Below, in pieces: positions 42,958 to 55,768 of a DNA stretch of 64,000 bases. The DNA comes from Octopus vulgaris (Eukaryota), in NCBI GenBank assembly GCA_951406725.2, contig OX597814.1, positions 223,634,001-223,698,000 on the forward strand, read 5' to 3'. Under the pieces are notes generated by a model. The model worked only from the letters and a program-made list of their open reading frames with translations, did no database searches and was not told the origin of the DNA. Each line of letters begins with the position of its first letter. Position 1 is the first letter of the stretch. Made by a program: the position numbers and the translations under genes.

Positions 42958-43515
42958 AACCAGATATTTTGATGTGGTGTGAAAGAAAGAAAGTTGTAAA
43001 TATAGTGGAGCTAACGGTTCCTCATGAAGATAATATGGACGCTGCTCGGGCTCGAAAATTGAACAGTTATGAAAACCTCCTCGAGAAATGTGAAGACGCA
43101 GGCTGGAAAGCGGAACATTTTCCTATCGAAGTCGGTTGTAGAGGGTTTGTTGGACACAGCGTGAGACGACTGTTGTTATCGCTAGGCCTAACTCATCGTA
43201 AAGTCAATACCACCATGACTGATATCCAATCTACAGTGGAGAAGGCTAGCCACTGGATTTGGTTAAAAAGAGACGATGAGCGATGGCTAGAAGTATATTG
43301 ATTTCTCCATAACCAGCTGATCTAGCAAGCGGGGCCTTATTTCAGTGAGGAGGGCCGGTGCGCATTGATGCCGTCGAGAGGTAGGCCCCGAAACGGCGCG
43401 CATTCTCTCCTGATGACCCCATACACTTGCTAGCTTCCGGTATACGGAGCTTTTAACTGGTAGCACTTGCATGTGTAAGTTGTTTGCAAGACATCTAATT
43501 ATACCTAATTAAGTA
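42958..43515 (+). mobile_element. 5'-truncated RLE-type non-LTR retrotransposon (HERO-like): endonuclease C-terminus 42958-43301 plus 3' UTR
   Basis: Open frame KPDILMW...IVELTVPHEDN..AARARKLNSY..L...FPIEVGCRGF...EKASHWIWLKR is a PD-(D/E)xK RLE signature typical of HERO-like elements. Confidence 0.85.
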
Positions 43516-43915
43516 ATATAACTTTCTCGGCACATTCCTGTCTGGCGGTAACCAATCACTGATATCTGTGTGTATATGTGGGTGTGCTTTGTATATATAT
43601 ATATATATATATATGAGTGTGTGTATGTGTGTGTGTGCATGTGCTTATCTGTGTGTGTTTATATACGTATACATATAGACGTTCATATATAACTTTATTT
43701 CCCTGCATTTGACTCCATGTCTCCATATCTGACAGTTCTATATTCGTCTCAGCTCATTCCTGTTGCTTATCGCAGAACGAAATTCCTACACAACAACAAT
43801 TTACATTTTTCATTGCTCCTTCTACACATCTCACTTCTTAAACAACGGCTTTCTTTTTTTCCATTTATACGGCATTTTATTTTACTTCCTCATATATCTG
43901 TGTGTGTGTGAGAGC

Positions 43916-43973
<58 letters not shown>

Positions 43974-44519
43974 ACATATATGCACATATATATATATAAT
44001 TTTTTGTTTCATTACTTTATCTTACAATTTTTTTATTGCTATTCATTTCTTATGAAGAGAATTCATCATTATTATATTCAGTTTTTTTTTTTGTATTCTT
44101 TTATTCGTCCTCTTTTTTTCTTCTTTTCACCGTTTCCAGTTAACATTTTAATCAAATTTGAATTTATCCTAAACTCACGTTGCTTTCAATTTGAGCAATA
44201 AAACTGAAAGCAGAGAAGAAAAGCAAAAGGAATAAAAAAAGTATTAATGATAGTTATCCTCAGGTTATTTTGTTTTGTTTTCTTATCCTGCTTCATTTTT
44301 TGTTTTGTTTTTATTTCTTTTTTTTTAACTTAAGATGGATAAAGCATCATCTCTTTTTCGCCAGAAAAACACATAAATTATGTTAAATATGCGTCTAAAA
44401 TGTACGATTTATGTCTTGAAACTTATATACCTCTCTTGCTGTATGAATGCGCATGTAGGCTTGTGTTTATTTATTTTCTTTGTTTGTACAAAGATGCATA
44501 TAGATTGATACATAGGTAG

Positions 44520-44533
44520 ATAGACGGACAGAT

Positions 44534-44631
<98 letters not shown>

Positions 44632-44634
44632 TAT

Positions 44635-44696
<62 letters not shown>

Positions 44697-44726
44697 TATA
44701 GATAGACAGGCAGATTAGATAGATAT

Positions 44727-44799
<73 letters not shown>

Positions 44800-44833
44800 C
44801 AGATAGATAGACAGATTAGATAGATAGATAGAT

Positions 44834-44916
<83 letters not shown>

Positions 44917-44922
44917 GCAGAT

Positions 44923-45012
<90 letters not shown>
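44520..45012. repeat. (GACA)n/(GATA)n compound microsatellite
   Basis: Directly visible. Confidence 0.95.
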
Positions 45013-45344
45013 TGCGTGCGTGTGAGTGTGAATGTACATAGAAAGATAGAGAGAAATTGACGGATAAATACAGATACATAGAGACACACATTCACATTCA
45101 TATATATATATATATATATATACAAACTTACACACAGACACCTATGCACACATGTATATATGTTGTATATATGTGTGTGTGTGTGTGTGTATTCATGTGT
45201 ACGTGCACGCGTACGAAACTTAAACATTCACTTCCCTTTCAGGCATTCCAGTATATCGATAATTAAGTACACATTTGAAATGCCTGATGACTTCACAGAT
45301 CTCGATTTTCATTGAATTTTGTAAACAACACCTTGCATACGTGC

Positions 45345-45398
<54 letters not shown>

Positions 45399-46114
45399 AA
45401 TTTTTTTTTACTTTCCTTGAAATTATGAGCAAAGTGGTGAATCAAGGTTGAAACTAAATGCTTGCAGCTATAGTTGAAACACCACTGATTATCTGTTGCA
45501 CACTTCCAAATAAAGGGCAAAGATTTAGGGCAACGATTTTTCTGTTTTCGAGGCGAGAAATTAATCATAATCGTTCAAGCATCGGACACAATGGCTGACG
45601 CTATTTTCTCTGGCTTTCCTCGTTCTGAGTTCTCATTCCGCCGCGGTCAGCTTTGCCTCTTACGTTTTCAGCATCAATAAGTAAAACTTCAGTCTAGGAT
45701 GATTGACTAGCAAAACCATTAGAGAGTGTGATGCGATGTGTTGCCGTTTTAATTCTGGTTCTTTACATCCTGAGTTCAAATCCCGCCAAACCTATTTGGG
45801 TAGAAGACTTAATTTGTTATTCCTTAAATGATGCTTAAATGCCTTTAGCGAAGTTCTCTCTATTGCTAACACTCAGGCCAGGTCATCGGTTTCAGGATAA
45901 CTCCCAAGCCTCACCAATCTCGGAGGCCCTGTAAAAGTCTGCCCTTTCCTCCTGACAAAACAATGATAAACAAAACTTCAAATTAGAAAACTCTTTTGCA
46001 GATCTCTTGTTAAATGTCAATAAAAATTATATTTCAGTATCCTGTGAATTCTACCACTCCCCTCTTCAGTTATTGTAATAGGAATAAGAAGAAACAATAT
46101 GTACTATAGACATA

Positions 46115-46490
46115 GGTTTGGCTGTGTGGTAAGAAGCTTACTTCCCAAACACATTGTTCTTGGTTCAGTCCCACTGTGTGGCACCTTATGCCTTTTGCAA
46201 TAGTATCGGGTCGAGAAACGCCTTGTGAGTTGATTTAGTAGTCCGAAACTGAAAGACGCTTGTCGTGTATGTGTGCGTGTGTGCTTTTTTTTTTTTTGTT
46301 TCTGTGGTTGTCCCCACCACCACTTTACAACTGGTGTTGGTACGTTTACGTCCGCGTAACTCAGCGGTTCAGCAAAAGTGAGTGATAAAATAAGTACCAG
46401 GCTTAAACAAAATAAGTACTGGGATTGATTTGTGCAACTATAATTTCCCAAGGCGGTGCCCCTGCATGGCTTCAGTCTGAAAAATGTAAA
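46115..46490 (+). mobile_element. SINE family A
   Basis: Head TGGCTGTGTGGTAAGAAGCTTAC...GGTTCAGTCCC plus the family body. Confidence 0.8.
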
Positions 46491-46821
46491 AGGCGCACAG
46501 AATACGTCAAAGCATTTTGTTGCGTTCCTTGGTTGATATCTCGCACCCAAGACTTCGGACGTGTGATTCAGTTTCAGAAACATCATTCGTGCTTCAATAT
46601 CCAGGCCTTTCCATTAATAATGCTGTAATTTATACACCACCAGGTCCGAGTGAAGGCGGGATGAATCTGTTGGCAACCAAAAGTGGTACGAGTGCTTTTG
46701 TGTTGTCTTACTGACACTGCATCTGTCTTCACACATCTTATCGTAGATACGATTTCGGATTTTAAGGCTGAGAGTCGTTCGAGTGATAGCATCGGCTATG
46801 AATTCATTCGCCTTTGTCATA

Positions 46822-47054
46822 TGTTTCTTTATTACCCACAAGGGGCTAAACATAGAAGGGACAAACAAGGACAGACAAACGGATTAAGACGATTACATCG
46901 ACTCCAGTGCTTAACTGGTACTTAATTTATCGACCCCGAAAGGATGAAAGGCAAAGTCGACCTCGGCGGAATTTGAACTCAGAACGTAGCGGCAGACGAA
47001 ATACGGCTACGCATTTCGCCCGGCGTGCTAACGGTTCTGCCAGCTCGCCGCCTT
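46822..47054 (-). mobile_element. SINE family B (Tx1-tail subfamily), full-length monomer with 16-bp TSD
   Basis: Flanked by ATTCGCCTTTGTCATA at 46806-46821 and 47055-47070. Confidence 0.93.
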
Positions 47055-47660
47055 ATTCGCCTTTGTCATAGTTTACTGCGATGCTTCTCAATTATTTATT
47101 GTTCTCGTGTGAAAAGTCTTTTCAAAATGTAGGTTCGCACAGTAGCAGATATTGTATTGTTTTCCTATTCACCCCTGATCCAACAAACCTATTATTAAAG
47201 ACGTTCCAGTCATGATAGTACCTTTTAATAACCTAGGACACCATAACTCATATATATTTTTGAAAGAGAGTAGGACGTAATTTGAAGAATATTTTCCCCA
47301 GTTCTATCACGTGAAAGCCCCTTTGTCGTCAACTAGTTTCTATTAAAAATTCATGACGGCCCTGACAAGCCGAACATTGATCTCTGGTTATATTGCTAAT
47401 GCTTTGACATTCGCATATTCTATACTTCTATAAATAAGCACTTGTATTACCTGGCACCCACACTACCATGTCGTTGTTCTTCACCTGTTCCTTGGAATAA
47501 AATTATAATGTCTACTAATTTATATCAGACCTCCTTTGACACATGGCTTATTTAAGACTAGAGTTATATCATTATATTCTGAAGTCATCTAGTCATCATG
47601 TTTAGTCGTAAATACTACTATCTTTTACTCTCCTGTCTGACATTATTATAAGAGTAGCAA

Positions 47661-48055
47661 GGCGGCGAGCTGGCAAAAATGTTAGCACACCGGGCGAAAT
47701 GCGTAGCCGTATTTCGTCTGCCACTACGTTCTGAGTTCAAATTCCGCCAAGGTCGACTTTGCCTTTCATCCTTTCGGGGTCAATTAAATAAGTACAGTTA
47801 CGTACAGGGGTCGATATAATCGACTTAATCCGTTTGTCTGTCCTTATTTGTCCTCTCTGTGTTTAGCCCCTTGTGGGTAGTAAAGAAATAGGTATTTCCT
47901 CTGCCGTTGCGTTCTGAGTTCAAATTCCGCCAAGGTGGACTTTCATTCTTTCGGGGTTGATAATATAAGTACCAGTTGAACACTGGGGTCGATGTAATCG
48001 ACTCATCTCCACCTCCCCCAAGCTTCCCTTGTGGCAAAAATTTGAAATAATTATA
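47661..48055 (+). mobile_element. Nested or dimeric SINE family B with 13-bp TSD
   Basis: Flanked by ATAAGAGTAGCAA (47648-47660, 48056-48068). The junction at 47890/47891 (..AAAGAAATA|GGTATTTC) is equivalent to the 7104/7105 junction. Confidence 0.88.
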
Positions 48056-48129
48056 ATAAGAGTAGCAAAGTTGGCAATCTTGCATATTTGTTATCACGCC
48101 AGACAAAAGGCTTGGCATTTGGTCAATCT

Positions 48130-48280
48130 TTACTTTCTGAGTTCAAATTCTGACGAGGTCGATTTTACTTTTCATCTTTTCAGGGTCTGTAACTTAAGTG
48201 CCAGTCAAACACATGGGTCAATGTAATAGACTAGTCCCCCCCGCACAAGATTTCAGGCTTTTTGCCTATAGTAGAAACGA
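48130..48280 (+). mobile_element. SINE family B, 5'-truncated
   Basis: TTCTGAGTTCAAATTC..GAGGTCGA core and the GGCTTTTTGCCTATAGTAGAAA tail. Confidence 0.65.
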
Positions 48281-49025
48281 TTATTATAAGAGATGTAGTC
48301 CTCATTCGTTTTTTTTGTTATTTTTTGCTTGTTTTGTTTTTGTCTTTTGTTTTTTTATTTTTTGCTTGTTCGAATTTCATAATGAGATCGGAATACGCGG
48401 GCGTATGGTCCGTACATACTCGTTCCGTTGTTTTCTTTCCTTTTGGATATTGGTACATTTAATGTTTTGTTACCTGTATTACTATGCTCACTCCTGTCAC
48501 TGATGTTGCAATTGATGCAATCACGATCACTTGTTTTGAGTTCGAAATGAACGAAATTTTTGCTAGTATTACTATGTATTATGTTAATTTTATACTTAGT
48601 GTACCTGTTAGTAATAACTTCTACTTTAAGCACAGTGTCAGCAATTTTGAAGAAAATGGGTTAGTTGATTTCATCAATCCCAACACTTGACAAGTATCTT
48701 TGTTGACCCCCTCTAAATGATAGAATGTGAACTTAACATCGGTGAAATTTGAGCTCAAATATAGATTTAATAAATTACAATGGGGGGAGCGTTAAGCAGT
48801 GATAAGTAAAATTGTAATGTTATTATCAGTTCGAATATGCTTGAAGCACGCTCGAACTGGGGAACAAGCTACTCAGTGTATTTTGTCATGGAAAGTATAT
48901 GCTGTTTGTTGACAAATGGTGTGTATGCATCTAGATCAGCTCACAGTACCACCTATTACACTGTGAGATGCTACCATTTCATAGTAGTGACCAAACGCAG
49001 TGAGTGCAATTTCACTTATCACTGA

Positions 49026-49331
49026 CTAGCAGTATCGCCCGGCGTTGCGCGGGTTTGTAAGGGGAAATAACTATATAAGCATTTTTAGAGTTACTTCCCT
49101 TATATAACCCGAGCAAAAATCATTAAAAATTCGGAAAAATTATGGTAATTATTTTTTTAAATCGTAGACTCATCGTAGACGCGCGCTAATACCCAGAAGG
49201 GCTCGATATGAATGACGACTATAAGATACCCGGTTTTGGTTAAACTGCAACGCAAAATGTGGGAGTAGTTAGGAATCTAAATCGGAGGAGACAGAGTCTC
49301 ACACACACAACTTCAAATTTATATATAAAGA
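49026..49331 (-). mobile_element. Non-autonomous Helitron-like element (third copy)
   Basis: A|CTAGCAGTATCGCCCGGCGTTGCGCGGG ... TATATATAAAGA|T. Same family as 9464 and 10029. Confidence 0.8.
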
Positions 49332-49739
49332 TTTGCGCTCCCCCTCTGTAATTTACTAACGGTGAGCCGTCGCATAGCGCTGCCAGTCACCGTGTGTTGA
49401 CTGAAAATGCATAAAAATGTCAATCGCTTCAGTCAGCTCGTAGCGCCCTCTGGCTAGTGCCTGTGACCAAATAGGAGATTACTCCGAAATGCTAGCATCT
49501 CATAATCTAGGTAGGTGGCACTGCGAGCTGATATAGGTGTATACACACCATTTGTAAGCAAAAGGAATATATTTTCCGTGACAAAACGCAATGAATAGCT
49601 TGTTCCCCAGTTCGAACGTGTTTCAAACATATTTGGACTGATAATAACATTGCAGATGTTTTAAATGCCTACAGCCATTTCGTCCAACGCTTTAAAGATT
49701 CTGTTAGCTATCCTCCTTCGTGGTAGCAATTAATAATGG

Positions 49740-49958
49740 TTTCTCGTTCAGACATAAGACCAACAATTTTTGAGGGGAGGGTTTAGTTGATACCCATACA
49801 TTGACCTCTATACTGACTGTTACTCATTTCAATGATATTGAAAGGATGAAAGGCAAGGTTTACCTCGGTGAGATTTGAACTCATAAATGTAAGAGTGCCG
49901 AAACAAATACTGCAAACCCTTATTCCGACGTTGTAATCATTCCGACAGCTCGCCGCCT
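49740..49958 (-). mobile_element. SINE family B, degenerate
   Basis: GAAAGGATGAAAGGCAAGG..ACCTCGG core and the head end CAGCTCGCCGCC. Confidence 0.65.
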
Positions 49959-49969
49959 ATAATGTAGCA

Positions 49970-50012
<43 letters not shown>

Positions 50013-50409
50013 GAAAAGATATGCATCCGTTTCCTTCTCCGAAGAAGGATGTTGGCTGTCTCTGTTTTATTTCTCCTCTCCCTCTTTCAATTTCTGAGCA
50101 ATATAAATATCAGTCAACAAGATAATAAAACAACAAAATTCCCTATTTTAAATGGAGAGGATAAATACAAATAAAGCTCTCCTTCTCTGCCTTGATATAA
50201 GGATAAGTGAATAACACAAAAATATGTTTGTGCAAACATATTCAAACAAAATGAGTTTAGAAAAATACTTAGAAGCGAACAAAGGGAAATTGATTAATGT
50301 ATTGTGGGAACATAAGGAAAACAAAAGCCATATTTTGTATATATTTAATGAAGTAATAAAATGAATTTAGAAAGTAATTTGGAGAAAAGGAGTTTCGATA
50401 AGGGCAAAT

Positions 50410-51030
50410 AAGGATGTTGCCCTTTTGAAGATAGTCAATAAACATAATACCTTTTGCATCCAAAAAATCCGAGACACTGACCTCCCCTAAGAATGAAATT
50501 TCCTTGACCTTCTTTGGAGCATGTGAGAGGGGTGCTTTCTCTGCATTGATTGTCTTTTTATTTCTGGTTCTAAGTGCTGAAGCCAACACTTATTCTGGCT
50601 TACAAAATGTTCAAGGAAACTTGCTGGATCTGCCTCAACCTGGTGCGCTTTTGATCAGGTGTCGGAAGACGTGGCACACACCGAGCAGAAACCTTCGTCA
50701 TGCTAACTTCATTATGTAGAATATTCTCAACCCTCTTACAGGATATGCTAATAGCATTGGCTATTTGATTTATAGTCAATCGTCAGTCATCCATCACCGT
50801 ATGGTGAGCACAATCAATATTTTCCTCGGAGTTGGCAATTTCCGGATGTCCAGACCTTAGGCCATCTTCATAACTCTCCCTTCCCCTCCTAAATTCAGCT
50901 GCCCACTTTTGCACTGTTGATAAAGCTGTAGAGTCATTTCCTAATGTAGCAGACATGTCAGCATGAATTTCCTTGAAGACTAAATCCATTTTCTGCAGGT
51001 ACTTGATGCCAAATTTTGTCCATTTTCATG
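50410..51030 (-). pseudogene. Mariner transposase fragment (second, different lineage)
   Basis: KEIHADMSATLG..STVQKWAAEFRRGRES..DGLRSGHP and DAKGIMFIDYLQKG are mariner transposase motifs. No TIR pair was found. Confidence 0.8.
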
Positions 51031-52355
51031 ACAAGTCACTACTAGTAACTTTCGAAGTGTTCTTTGAGCAGTCAGATATCAGTTTAACTGGACTGAAATA
51101 ATGCAGACATTAATGCTAGACTTCATAGTCAGCCTATGAAATTTTCAGCCCACACTCGTATGACATGTACACATGCATGGATCGCATAGCATATAATGCT
51201 GAAATTCTTGAATGCATTACTTATGTTGTCAGTACCTGTGATACCTTGTACTTCTAAACTGATAAGGTGTGTTCATTCATGTATTGTAAATCCAACTTTC
51301 TCATCATTGGTAGGAAGGCAGATATAGCCACGTAGTCATGTGTTCCGAAGGTTACTTGTAAAATTCTAAACTTACATTCCGGATGCAGTGCCGAAAGATT
51401 TTTCATTAGATAAGCATAGATTTCCGTTTCCCTGATATTTAAAATTATAATGACATCTATTGGGCGCCTGATTTCAACTACTGTGCACAGTTTCTGTCAA
51501 TTCCAGGTCATGTTTTTGGTATGTTGTGCTTCCATTTTATTGAAGTCTTCACAGAGATGACCCATAACATATTTTCGAATTTTATGTGGTTACGCCCTCC
51601 AATTCATCTTTGTATATTGGTTTATTCAGGACTACCTTTTCTTTTCCATGGATTTCAAAATATAGTGTTCTAACCACAACAGCGCATCTTGTAGGTATAT
51701 AATGCCATGAAGAGATTTTTCGGGAAGCTGCTGCTTATGATGTTGTTGACGTTCTCAGAGTTGCTTCTATCAAGTCCGCATGGGCTGTCTCATCTAGGCA
51801 ATGTATGCGTATATATGTATAAATGTTTATACACACACACACACACACACACATACACACACACACACACTCATATATATATATACATATATATATGTAT
51901 GTATGTATGTATGTATGCATGCATGTATGTATGTATATATATATATATAATTTTAAATAAATACGTTCTCAAACCGGCAAAGGCTACTGCAGTAAATTAT
52001 TTCATGAAGTATTATTTCCGGTAATTTAGCGCGCCAAAGCGAAGTCTTTTGAAAAATAACCACAAGTGTAATAGGTAGAACTGCATACATATTCGACTTC
52101 GTGTTGATGTTCTTCAAATTATATTTGTATGGACGATCATACTGAAGATCTACAGATAAATTGCGTAAGTAAAATTACGTAATTTGTTGATAGTGAAACA
52201 TTGTTTATGATTAATCTATATGTTTGTTACTTTTAATTGGTCTTGCTCGCTTACATTTCTGGTGTTTGCTAAATTTTCTAAAGAAAAATTCTTAGTGGTA
52301 AGACCATAGCGGATCTTCTTCTAGCATAAGGGTTTCCACATAGTGGTAATTCCCG

Positions 52356-52395
<40 letters not shown>

Positions 52396-54324
52396 CATAT
52401 ATATGTATATCCATATCAATAAATACACATACACATATACATTTTCATATAATACATACATGCATATACGTATATATATATATATATGTATTCACAAACT
52501 TCTCTCTCTCTTTCTTTCTCTCACTCGTTGATACTTCGACGTGAAAACTGAGAAGTAATGCGTTTTTGTTTATATGTGTATGTGCACATGTGTGTGGTGG
52601 TGGGTCCCTGCATGTGTGTATGCAAGATGTTAATATTGCGAATAAGTTCTGTACATACGAAACTGAAAGGACGGTTAGTTTATTTCAACATGTTTGCTCC
52701 TTTCACTCATCAGCAAATGCTAAATTGTAACACTTCTTTCTCAATACTCCGTTTGCTATGCTAGTAATTTTTGAAGAAGCTGATAAGAAATTCGTCAGTG
52801 GAAACTAAGCCACCCTTCAGCACTTCAACCTCATCCATTGCACCATCTCTTTTCCTATAAACATCAGCATTAGAAAACTACCTGCTATTTACTGTCCTAA
52901 AAAAAAGGTAACACAGCAATATTCGCTAGGAATCAGCTCTCCTTGCGACACATGCGACAATAACCATTACACAGGTGAACGAACTGTATACGATCTGTGT
53001 ACACAAGAGAGGTGAGCATTAGACGGCTTTTTAAATTTCATTATCTTTGGATATATCTGACTAGTGGCATGACAGTACTTGTAAATCTTATCCCGAATCA
53101 GAAGCATCTATCGACAGCGTTGCTAGATAAATATATTTTTATTCAATATCCACGAAAATTAACTGAATGGATTGGTCAGTGAAAGAAAGGCAATGCATAA
53201 AACTAGTATTTGAAACTTCTCTGCAGATAAGAAGGAGAAATTGAAAAATAAAACACGGATGATCTTCAGACAGAAAATATATTTAGATACCCTTGCAGCA
53301 GAATGGACTTGGTTAAGAACTGTGAAAGAACATGATCATTTTAGGAGCAACGTTGTAAAATTTCACTCAGAAGTCGATACGAGGCCACAGCTAAAACTTA
53401 ACTTATTTCTTCTACTTTTTGCTTTTGTAATTTGTCTTTTTTTTTCGACATGACATTTCTTTTCTTTGAATTTCTGAAATATTGCACTCCTAACAAAAAA
53501 ATTAATAAGTTTTCATAATTTCTTAAATATTTAAATTTATGCACATTTTCATTTTTCATTATTTGTAGTCTTTTGATAAAACAAAACTTGCTTGACATTT
53601 AACCAATTTAATTCACGGCTATGAACGATGCATTTAATTAAAAATTACTTCATACGTTTATAGTTTCAAATTAAGCTGACCATTTATTATAAATTTCGAA
53701 GTTGGAGGTGACGATGAAATATAACTTTAAAGCTTTGGAGTTAATATAAAAGGAATTGATTTCTTTCTCTCAATGCTACCATATTTAAGAATGTTACCAA
53801 TATGTTCCCACAGGGAGAAAAATGGAGAAAGAGATGTGGCGATAGAGAGTCGTAAGAAAGAGAAAGATGCTGAAATAAAGAAATAAAGAAAGAGAATAAA
53901 CTAGGACTTAAGGAAGAAAAATGAAGCAAATGAATAAATCACAGAAAGGAATTAAGAATAAGAATAGAGAATAATGAATTGAAAGAGTACAAGAAAATAG
54001 GTAGAAAGATAGTCCGTCATATAGCTTTATATATATATATATATATGAGCAGGGATTGTTAGATAAATAGATGAATAGATAAATAGACAGAAAGAAAAAG
54101 AGGAGGAAGAGAGAGAAAGAGATAACGCAGATATTTTAGGCGCTTAATCTCAAGAGTTCTTCAAACACGTAATGACAAGTACCTGTTTGGTCGTGAGGTC
54201 GTTAGTGAAAACTTGCTTTTTTGAACCGGTGTGAAGGGCCAATTGCTTTACGTACTCAGGCTAAACATTATTCACTAATGAAGCACGTCTTGCTACAGCA
54301 GTGAAATATATCTTATCACTCTAT

Positions 54325-54562
54325 TAAGGCAGCGAGCTGGCAGAAACGTTAGCACGCCCGGCGAAATGCTTAGCAGTATTTCGTCTGCCGTTACGTTCTG
54401 AGTTCAAATTCTGCCGAGGTCGACTTTGCCTTTCATCTTTTCGGGGTCGATAAATTAAGTACCAGTTACGCACTGGGGTAGATATAATCGACTTAATCCC
54501 TTTGTCTGTACTTGTTTGTCCTCTCTATGTTTAGCTCCTTGTGAGCAATAAAATTTAAAAAA
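54325..54562 (+). mobile_element. SINE family B (Tx1-tail subfamily), full-length monomer with 17-bp TSD
   Basis: Flanked by ATATCTTATCACTCTAT at 54308-54324 and 54563-54579. Confidence 0.92.
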
Positions 54563-54904
54563 ATATCTTATCACTCTATCTATTGATAGACGAGCCAATA
54601 ATGGAACTTCTACGCATGCGATCGGCCCGCTAGAAATAACAGCCAATTGTCTTAAAAGGGCAGCACACATTGGTCAAGCAGTCCTATCATTACAGTTGAA
54701 ATGCTTTCCATGAGATATTTTTTTCCGTCAGTACTAATTTGGAACTGAACAAAAGAAAGAATCTATTGAGAAGTAGTTACAGAGCGGAGGAGTTTATAAG
54801 GCAGAATCGTTGATTTTTGAGCTTTTTAAAAAACGACTGTTATTTGCAGCGCTCCTCTCAAGAGGTTATGGTGCGTGTGTGTGTGTGTGTGCGCGTGTTT
54901 GTAT

Positions 54905-55118
54905 CTTTTATCTTTTACTTGTTTCAGTAATTTGACTGTGGTCATGCTGGAGCACCGCCTTTAATCGAGCAACTCGACCCCGGGACTTATTCTTTGTAAG
55001 CCCAGTACTTATTCTATCGGTCTCTTTTGCCGAACCGCTAAGTGACGGGGACATAAACACACCAGCATCGGTTGTCAAGCAATGCGAGGGGGAAAAACAC
55101 AGACACACAAACATACAT

Positions 55119-55177
<59 letters not shown>

Positions 55178-55317
55178 CGACGGGTTTCTTTCAGTTTCCG
55201 TCTACCAAATCCACTCACAAGGCTTTGGTCGGCCCGAGGCTATAGTAGAAGACACTTGCCCTAGGTGCCACGCAGTGGGACTGAACCCGGAACCATGTGG
55301 CTGGTTAACAAGCTACT
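54905..55317 (-). mobile_element. SINE family A, interrupted in its tRNA-like head by the LINE array
   Basis: Well-conserved family-A copy. It stops at ...GGTTAACAAGCTACT, where intact copies continue with the last about 20 nt of the head (minus-strand GTGGCTGTGTGGTA). Confidence 0.9.
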
Positions 55318-55546
55318 TTATTTCATATAATTTGCCATTTAGGCATTTACAAAGAGGGGACAAACAAGGACAGACAAATATAAAGGATGAAGTAGCTTAA
55401 CACAGTTACAATTTTCGAATGAAATTACGGATAAGATTATAAACAATGAATTTTACGAAGGCAATGTTTAAAAATATTAATGATCATGTCGAAGGACGGA
55501 CACCCAGCCATCCGGGTAGAACCTTTACTTTCTGATCCGGTCACAC

Positions 55547-55768
55547 TTACCTGGTGCCAAACATACCCATCTTGTATGCCACAGGCTTCCATCTTTTCAC
55601 AAACATATCTCGTGACAGACACCTCTTCTCCAGCCTGATTTTGCTACTGAGGTGGTAACTAAAAAAGTTAATCAACCCCTGGCCGGAGACAAAGGTGCCT
55701 GTCACTATACCTTTCGTACGCGTCTTCCATACTGTTTCTTTCAGTATGGCTACTACAAGAAAAAACAA
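55547..55768 (-). CDS. Frameshifted C-terminal extension of LINE ORF2
   Basis: FFLVVAILKETVWKTR... continues ORF2 in the -1 frame across a T6 run. It is colinear with the decayed copy (KTVFLCQVAVEKEV at about 40900). Confidence 0.75.
   Translation of the reverse strand: MFFLVVAILKETVWKTRTKGIVTGTFVSGQGLINFFSYHLSSKIRLEKRCLSRDMFVKRWKPVAYKMGMFGTR

Noticed and set aside
55543-55554. Perfect splice-donor-like CAG|GTAAGT on the minus strand at the ORF2 extension stop
   Set aside because: A single 9-mer can occur by chance. No matching acceptor or transcript evidence is visible.
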